From the NCBI GenBank assembly GCA_963820525.1, contig CAWGAA010000001.1, positions 2,368,001 through 2,432,000 of the forward strand: DNA of 64,000 nt. Direction: 5' to 3'. Under the pieces are notes generated by a model, which worked only from the letters and a program-made list of their open reading frames with translations, was not told the DNA's origin and searched no databases. Within the stretch, counting starts at the first letter, position 1. Each line of letters begins with the position of its first letter. A program made the position numbers and the translations under genes. Positions 58,553-64,000 of the stretch are shown here, piece by piece. This stretch comes from an uncultured Spirochaetota bacterium. Lineage in GTDB: Bacteria; Spirochaetota; Spirochaetia; SZUA-6; Fen-1364.

Positions 58553-59590
58553 ATGATGAAAACGCGTCATATCGTCCTGGCCGGCATCGGGGCCGTCGCT
58601 CTTGCTGCCGCAGCCTTTCTGCTCTGGGTCTTTGCGACATTGTACTCCGGCGGGTCACCCGCCGTTCTTCCCGTGGGACGGTTGGAACCCGAGGCTGTCA
58701 GGGCCCTCCGGCGCATACCGACCATGAGCAATATTCAGGCTAAATACAGGATGATCCGCGTCATCGAAAGGCTGACTCCGCCGGCACGAGACATCCCCAT
58801 GGCCAGAATCGAGGACAGAGGGATCCCGGGGCCCGCGGGCGCCATCCCCGCCAGCGTGTATGTCCCCCAGGGAGACGGGCCGTTCGGCATCATCCTCTAT
58901 ATCCACGGCGGAGGGTTCATCATCGGAAGCATCCCCCTGGTGGACCGCATTTCGCGCACCCTCGCCAGGGACAATGCCTTCGTCGTTGTTTCAATAGAAT
59001 ACCGCCTCGCGCCGGAGCACCCCTTTCCCGCTGCGCCGGATGACTGCTATGCCGCCCTGCTCTGGACGGTCGCGCACGCCCGTGAGCTGAACTGCGATAC
59101 ATCGCGCCTGGTTGTCGCCGGAGATAGCGCGGGGGGAAACCTGGCCGCGGTGCTCTGCCTGATGTCCCGCGACAGAGGCGGCCCCCGGATAGCAAAGCAG
59201 GTGCTGTTCTACCCCGCCGTGGACTCGCACGAGCCTGAATCTGAGCGCAGATACCCTTCCCTGGCCGAGAATGCCGAAGGTTTCATGCTCACGGCGGAAG
59301 GCATGAGGGAGTTCGGCCGCATGTATTCCCCCGACCCCGCCAGTGAAAACAACGCTTACCTTCATCCCATGAAAGCCAAAAGCCTGTCCGGACTTCCTCC
59401 AGCCTTTATTTCGACGGCGGAATTCGATCCCCTGCGGGATGAAGGGGAGGCTTATGCGAAACGCCTTGCGGCGGACGGCGTGAGCGTGGAGCTCATGCGC
59501 ATCCCCGGCGTTCCCCATGGGTACATGAGCATGCTCGCCTCGGCCTCACGAAAGACCTTCGACGCGGTACAGGCTTTTCTGGCGAACTGA
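58553..59590 (+). CDS. Alpha/beta hydrolase, HSL-family esterase with N-terminal anchor
   Basis: HGGGF, YRLAPEHPFPA, GDSAGGNL, DPLRDEG and HG motifs. Confidence 0.92.
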   Translation: MMKTRHIVLAGIGAVALAAAAFLLWVFATLYSGGSPAVLPVGRLEPEAVRALRRIPTMSNIQAKYRMIRVIERLTPPARDIPMARIEDRGIPGPAGAIPASVYVPQGDGPFGIILYIHGGGFIIGSIPLVDRISRTLARDNAFVVVSIEYRLAPEHPFPAAPDDCYAALLWTVAHARELNCDTSRLVVAGDSAGGNLAAVLCLMSRDRGGPRIAKQVLFYPAVDSHEPESERRYPSLAENAEGFMLTAEGMREFGRMYSPDPASENNAYLHPMKAKSLSGLPPAFISTAEFDPLRDEGEAYAKRLAADGVSVELMRIPGVPHGYMSMLASASRKTFDAVQAFLAN

Positions 59591-59618
59591 ACGCTCCTGC
59601 GTGGGGCGCCCCCCCTCT

Positions 59619-60401
59619 TTACTGGATGAGCTTCCTGGTGAGCCGGCGAATCGCGAAGTATCCCGCGGCCGCAGTAAACGCGGCGATCACCAGCAGGTCC
59701 ACTGCGGATTGGAACGTCACCGGCCCCAAGCCGAGCTCGCGCGCCATGCGCACGGAGTGAGTGAGGGGGAAGATCTCGGCCGCCGGACGGAGGATCGGGG
59801 GCAGATTCGCGATGGGAAAGACCACCCCGGAGAAGAAGAACATGGGAGAGAGGAACCCCGTGAAAAAGAAATTGAACTGGTTGATGCTCGATACGATCGA
59901 GGTGATCAGAAGGGAGATCGTTGCGAACATCACGCCAGTGAGAAAGCCGACGAATCCCGAGAGGAGGCTCGCCGGCATGGGAACGACCCCGAAGAGCGCC
60001 TCGACGACGACGACGGCGAGGGAGAAAAAAATACCCTTGCTTCCGGCCCAGAGGATCTCGCCCACGAGCAGATCGTTCACCGTGATCGGCGCCGCAAGCA
60101 TCCCGTCGTAGACCTTGTCAAACTCCAGCCTCACGAATGTCCCGAAGGTGCATTCGAAGGAAGCCGTGAACATAGCGGCGGTGATGGGAAGCCCTGTGGC
60201 GAGGAACACGAGATACGGCATCCCGTCCATGCTCACGATGTACTTGCCCATCCCCAGACCGATCCCGGCCAGGAAGATCAGCGGCTCAAGGAAGGGCGGG
60301 AGGCCATTGCTGATGAGGCTTTTAGTGTAGACCCGGTAATGGCGGTACCAGACGCTCGTGATCCTGTGCACGAGCGGCGGGTAGGCTCTACTGGTTTTCA
60401 T
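59619..60401 (-). CDS. ABC-2 type exporter permease (NodJ-like)
   Basis: EPL..L..G.G.G, E...W and PM.FFSG..FP...LP......PL.H.V motifs. Confidence 0.85.
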   Translation of the reverse strand: MKTSRAYPPLVHRITSVWYRHYRVYTKSLISNGLPPFLEPLIFLAGIGLGMGKYIVSMDGMPYLVFLATGLPITAAMFTASFECTFGTFVRLEFDKVYDGMLAAPITVNDLLVGEILWAGSKGIFFSLAVVVVEALFGVVPMPASLLSGFVGFLTGVMFATISLLITSIVSSINQFNFFFTGFLSPMFFFSGVVFPIANLPPILRPAAEIFPLTHSVRMARELGLGPVTFQSAVDLLVIAAFTAAAGYFAIRRLTRKLIQ

Positions 60402-61326
60402 CGAGCGTGCTCCCCGTGGCCTGGAGGAACAGGTCTTCCAGGTTCGTTTCCCTGATGTGATACTCCCCGGGGCTCAACCCCTCCGCGAGACTCTTCAGGG
60501 CTGCGCTCTCGTTGGAGAACAGCCTCACGGGATCCGGCGAGTCGCCGATGCGCACGGTTGGACGGCTTGACGCGCCCAGGCGCTTCTGAGCCTCCCTGCC
60601 GCGGACCTCCAGCACGAAGCGCTCGATATTGTCCTCGATGAGCCTGCGCGGGGGTTCCTCCATCATCCGTGCGCCCTTGTGCATGATGAGGACCGAGTCG
60701 CAGATCTGGAAAGCCTCCTCCATGTAGTGGGTCGTGAGCAGGATGGAAAGACCCTCCCCCTTGAGCCGGCGGAGCTTGTCCCAGATGAGGTGCCGGACCT
60801 GGGGGTCCAGGCCGGTGGTCGGCTCATCGAGAATGAGGAGCCGCGGGTTGTTGAGAAGCGCCCGGGCGATGATCAGCCGGCGTTTCATCCCTCCGGACAG
60901 CTCCTTGATCTTCACCGCGCGCTTCTCGCCCAGCTCCATGAACTCGAGCAGCTCCCGGATCCGCTCCTCCGCCTGGCGCCGCGGCATCCCATACAGCTTC
61001 GAATAGACCCACAGGTTCTGCCAGACATTGAGCTCCTCGTCCAGGTTGTCCTCCTGCGGCACGACCCCGGAGAGAAACTTGATCTCCAGCTCATGATGCG
61101 CCGGGTCCCAGCCGAAGACCGAGATCGTCGCGTCGGGCCCGCGGTCCCTGAGGCATTTGCCGTAGATCATCTTCATCATGGTGGTTTTCCCCGCGCCGTT
61201 GGGGCCAAGAAGCCCGAAGCAGACGGAGGGACCCACGGAGAAGCTCAAGGATTTCACGGCGATGAGGGAGCCGTATGATTTTGAAACGTTGGAGACGCTT
61301 ATGACGGCATCTGAAGGGAGCTGCAT
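60388..61326 (-). CDS. ABC exporter ATP-binding protein (NodI-like)
   Basis: CFGLLGPNGAGKTT, VVPQ.DNLD, LSGGMKRRL, DEPTTGLDPQ.RH and TTHYMEEA motifs. Confidence 0.88.
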   Translation of the reverse strand: MQLPSDAVISVSNVSKSYGSLIAVKSLSFSVGPSVCFGLLGPNGAGKTTMMKMIYGKCLRDRGPDATISVFGWDPAHHELEIKFLSGVVPQEDNLDEELNVWQNLWVYSKLYGMPRRQAEERIRELLEFMELGEKRAVKIKELSGGMKRRLIIARALLNNPRLLILDEPTTGLDPQVRHLIWDKLRRLKGEGLSILLTTHYMEEAFQICDSVLIMHKGARMMEEPPRRLIEDNIERFVLEVRGREAQKRLGASSRPTVRIGDSPDPVRLFSNESAALKSLAEGLSPGEYHIRETNLEDLFLQATGSTLDENQ

Positions 61327-61521
61327 TTCAGCACCATAATCAGGGGACGCCGTCAGAGTCTACCACCCCGAAGGGCCCCGCATCTGCGCACGCTGCGCGC
61401 CGGAAGCGGCGGGCCGGCATCTTACGCGTTTCCGTCGGGGCGCGGCGTCCCCCCCTGCGAAGGGGCTCTTATTTCAGGTATTCTGCCCGAAGCGCAACCC
61501 AGTTGATCCTTCCCACACCGG

Positions 61522-62319
61522 TCATTTCTCCTCCTCCTTTCGAGAGCGAACCCAGACGATCATGGCAAGGATGGCAACGACGAGGGTTGGGGCCGCGATG
61601 CTCCGAAGGCCGTATTTCTTGGTCAGCCAGGCGCCCAGCGCGGCTCCCACCATGAATCCCAGGAGCGGGATGCCCGATTTCCTGGCGTGGCGGGCCGCTT
61701 CGCGTTTGGCTTTGGCGCGCTGCCGCGGATCTCCGTGCTCGGCGGGGAAGAGAAACTCGACGAAATCAATCGTGAACTGGGTGAGATTTCCCGTCATCAG
61801 GGTGGTCTGGGCGAAGCTCCTGAGGGCGCCCTTCATGAGCGCGTTCTGGACTCCCATTGCTATCACGCCCAGGCCGCCGATGACCGCCACGGCCCACGAA
61901 TCGGGATGTTTCACGTACGGACCGAGCATGTCGCCGGCAAGACAGAAGAGGGCGAGCATCACCGTCATGAGGGCGAGCAGAGGTGCGAGGGTGGCAGCGC
62001 CCCGGCGGCGAATGGCCCGGGCAAAGAGGGTTATCACCGCGACGGTGACCATGAAAATGGGGATCATGGCGAGGCGCACTCCCGCGCCGAGGTTGGGGCC
62101 CTCCGCCATCGTGGCGGCGGCGGTTACCAGGTCTCCCGTGACATGCGCCGTGAACAGCCCGAAGAGCGCCAGAAAGCCCGCCGTGTCCACGTAGCCGGCC
62201 ACCGTGCTCAAGACCACCGAACCGAGGGCCTCGTTGCCGAGGGCTATCGCGGCGCGCTTCGCGGTGCGGGAAGCTTCATCGGGGTTTCGATCAACGAGCG
62301 CTCCCAATCGACGACTCAT
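61522..62319 (-). CDS. YoaK/DUF1275 family membrane protein
   Basis: AGYVD..GF..L..F.AH.TG, AMG.QNA, T..MTGN.T and F..GA..GA motifs. Confidence 0.85.
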   Translation of the reverse strand: MSRRLGALVDRNPDEASRTAKRAAIALGNEALGSVVLSTVAGYVDTAGFLALFGLFTAHVTGDLVTAAATMAEGPNLGAGVRLAMIPIFMVTVAVITLFARAIRRRGAATLAPLLALMTVMLALFCLAGDMLGPYVKHPDSWAVAVIGGLGVIAMGVQNALMKGALRSFAQTTLMTGNLTQFTIDFVEFLFPAEHGDPRQRAKAKREAARHARKSGIPLLGFMVGAALGAWLTKKYGLRSIAAPTLVVAILAMIVWVRSRKEEEK

Positions 62320-62449
62320 AGATTGACCCTTTTCGCGTGATTCTTGCTGGACACAGTACACTCTGGTGGGTTATTCCTTCAAGGGCGTACGGGGTGGTGA
62401 TTTTTCCGGCTCGAATCGCTATATTAGTGCAAAGATAGGACAATACGTG

Positions 62450-63112
62450 ATGGATCAAAAATTCCTCGCTCACGTCAAGGCATTTCTCATCTCCCACCAG
62501 ATTGGGGACGACCCGAAAAGGAACCTGGCAAAGATCAAGGTCATCGCCAACACCAATCCCGATCTCTGGGACGGGAAGCTTCCCACAGCGGGTATTCGAC
62601 CCGACGCCGACTACTGCAAGGTCTCGGAGGCCGCCGAGAGCCGGCCGATTCTTCCCTGGTGGTGGTACGCGAAAGAGCACGAGCCCGTTCCATCGGTCGT
62701 CCAGGACATCTACAAAAAGCTTGCCTTCGATTTCTCCCTGGTATATCCCCAGGAGAATACATACATCTATGTCTGCGTGGAGCCGCCCGTCGAGCTTTTG
62801 CCGCTCCTGGCGCGGCAGGACCAGCTTCGGGCATTCATCCTGATTTCGCTCATCAACAAGAAATTTTCGCCTTCGCAGAGGGAGAGCAGGCGACTTCGCC
62901 TGGGCACCGTGCTAGGCTCCAAGGACATCGGCAGGGTCTTCCCCTTTATCGCGTTTGTCGAAAACGACGCGAGATACAACCCCGCGCTCGGCAAGATCCC
63001 GACTATCACCCGTCTCGTGCATCCCGCCTCGAATACTGCCAACTGGAGCGTCAGGCTGCCCAAGGATTCGAGAGTCTACGGCTCTCTTCGAGAGATCGTC
63101 GCAGCGTCCTGA
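62450..63112 (+). CDS. Hypothetical protein
   Basis: Protein-like ORF with AGGA RBS and TATATT upstream; no family recognised. Confidence 0.65.
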   Translation: MDQKFLAHVKAFLISHQIGDDPKRNLAKIKVIANTNPDLWDGKLPTAGIRPDADYCKVSEAAESRPILPWWWYAKEHEPVPSVVQDIYKKLAFDFSLVYPQENTYIYVCVEPPVELLPLLARQDQLRAFILISLINKKFSPSQRESRRLRLGTVLGSKDIGRVFPFIAFVENDARYNPALGKIPTITRLVHPASNTANWSVRLPKDSRVYGSLREIVAAS

Positions 63113-63137
63113 GCCACCTCTCCCGACAGGCTTCATG

Positions 63138-63740
63138 CTATTCCCTCGGCCGGATACCGAGAGCGGCGAGATTGTTCTTCATATCTTCAAAGCCGCGGGC
63201 CAGGAATGCCCGGATACCGAGCCTTCGCGCCGCCTCGACGTTGAGCTCGAGGTCATCGACGTAGACGATCCTTTCCGGCGGGACATCGAGCTCTTCGAGG
63301 ACGCGGCGGTACACGGCTTCATCCGGTTTCAAAAGCCCGATCCGATGCGAGAGGAAACATCGATGAAACAGCCGCTCGACATCGGTTTCACTGCAAAGCC
63401 GCTCCCAGTGCAGGACATTCGTGTTGGAGAGCGTGGCGGTGATAGAGGTCTTGGAGAGGGATCTGATGTAGTCGACGGCTCCCGGGAAAAAGCCCTTGGG
63501 GAACTGAATGAAGCGCCTCAGAAACAAGTCGGGATCGACGCGGAGCTCAAGCTCCTCGATTGTGCGCTCGGCGAACTCTTGCGGGCCGATCCGGCCAGTC
63601 TCAAAGTCCCGGACTGAAACGCACTCGAGCCAACGGCTCCACAACCGTTTCTCGTCGAGGCCGCTCCAGGCGATCATCTGGGCAACGCCCATCAGCTCGA
63701 CTAACACGCCGCCCAGATCGAACAGCAGGATATCTTCCAT
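63138..63740 (-). CDS. HAD-superfamily phosphatase (YihX-like)
   Basis: FDLGGVL, LSNTN..H, G..KP and VDD...NVEAA..LG motifs. Confidence 0.9.
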   Translation of the reverse strand: MEDILLFDLGGVLVELMGVAQMIAWSGLDEKRLWSRWLECVSVRDFETGRIGPQEFAERTIEELELRVDPDLFLRRFIQFPKGFFPGAVDYIRSLSKTSITATLSNTNVLHWERLCSETDVERLFHRCFLSHRIGLLKPDEAVYRRVLEELDVPPERIVYVDDLELNVEAARRLGIRAFLARGFEDMKNNLAALGIRPRE

Positions 63741-64000
63741 GGGAATTCGTAGCACAATTCGCGACATCACGGCAAGCCCAAGCATCTGCAGGGAGTGACT
63801 TTTTCAGCATGCCAGGGGGTTGACTAGACTGTGAAAATCATATTTGATCAGTACTAACGTAATAGTGCACTATGATTCTAAGCAGAGTGCAATCATTAAA
63901 GGGGGGCGCAAGTTTATCCAATAGACAAGGAAAAATTAATTTAATTAAATCCAATGAACGATAATTAAACCTATTGACACTTTATTTTAATTATTGTATT

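Noticed and set aside
59619..61326. Nodulation (Nod factor export) function
   Set aside because: NodI/NodJ-like exporters are widespread, and no nodABC genes are present in the window.

Overview
GC-rich bacterial DNA, densely coding, with about 57 genes. No rRNA, tRNA, CRISPR array or transposase was recognised. Gene style (for example 'FAAGGKE'-type solute-binding-protein signal peptides and a LacI-sensor/kinase fusion) suggests an environmental spirochaete-like anaerobe, which is inference only. The window holds housekeeping and carbohydrate genes (rhaB, ddl, P-II, sugar ABC), a ChvG/ChvI-like two-component pair divergent from creD, a complete beta-mannan utilisation locus with its LacI operators, a Liv-type ABC plus amidase cluster, hom-apgM, several signalling proteins and three damaged genes. 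The strongest candidate for an undescribed system is a tightly coupled four-gene operon at 19085-23638. In it, a DUF2207-like single-pass membrane protein ends in a Cys/His tail of eight A-C-x-x units (ACYS ACHN ACHS x5 ACVS GGAH). It is followed directly by a radical SAM/SPASM enzyme with a PqqD/RRE-like N-terminus. This looks like RiPP-type modification chemistry aimed at the tail of a large membrane protein. Other non-coding signals are a structured, RBS-occluding 5' leader on an RRM gene, 11-bp-periodic GCC repeats upstream of creD, CTAG-bounded 107-bp hairpin repeats and a recurrent leaderless promoter geometry. All product calls come from motif recognition by eye; no database search was run.
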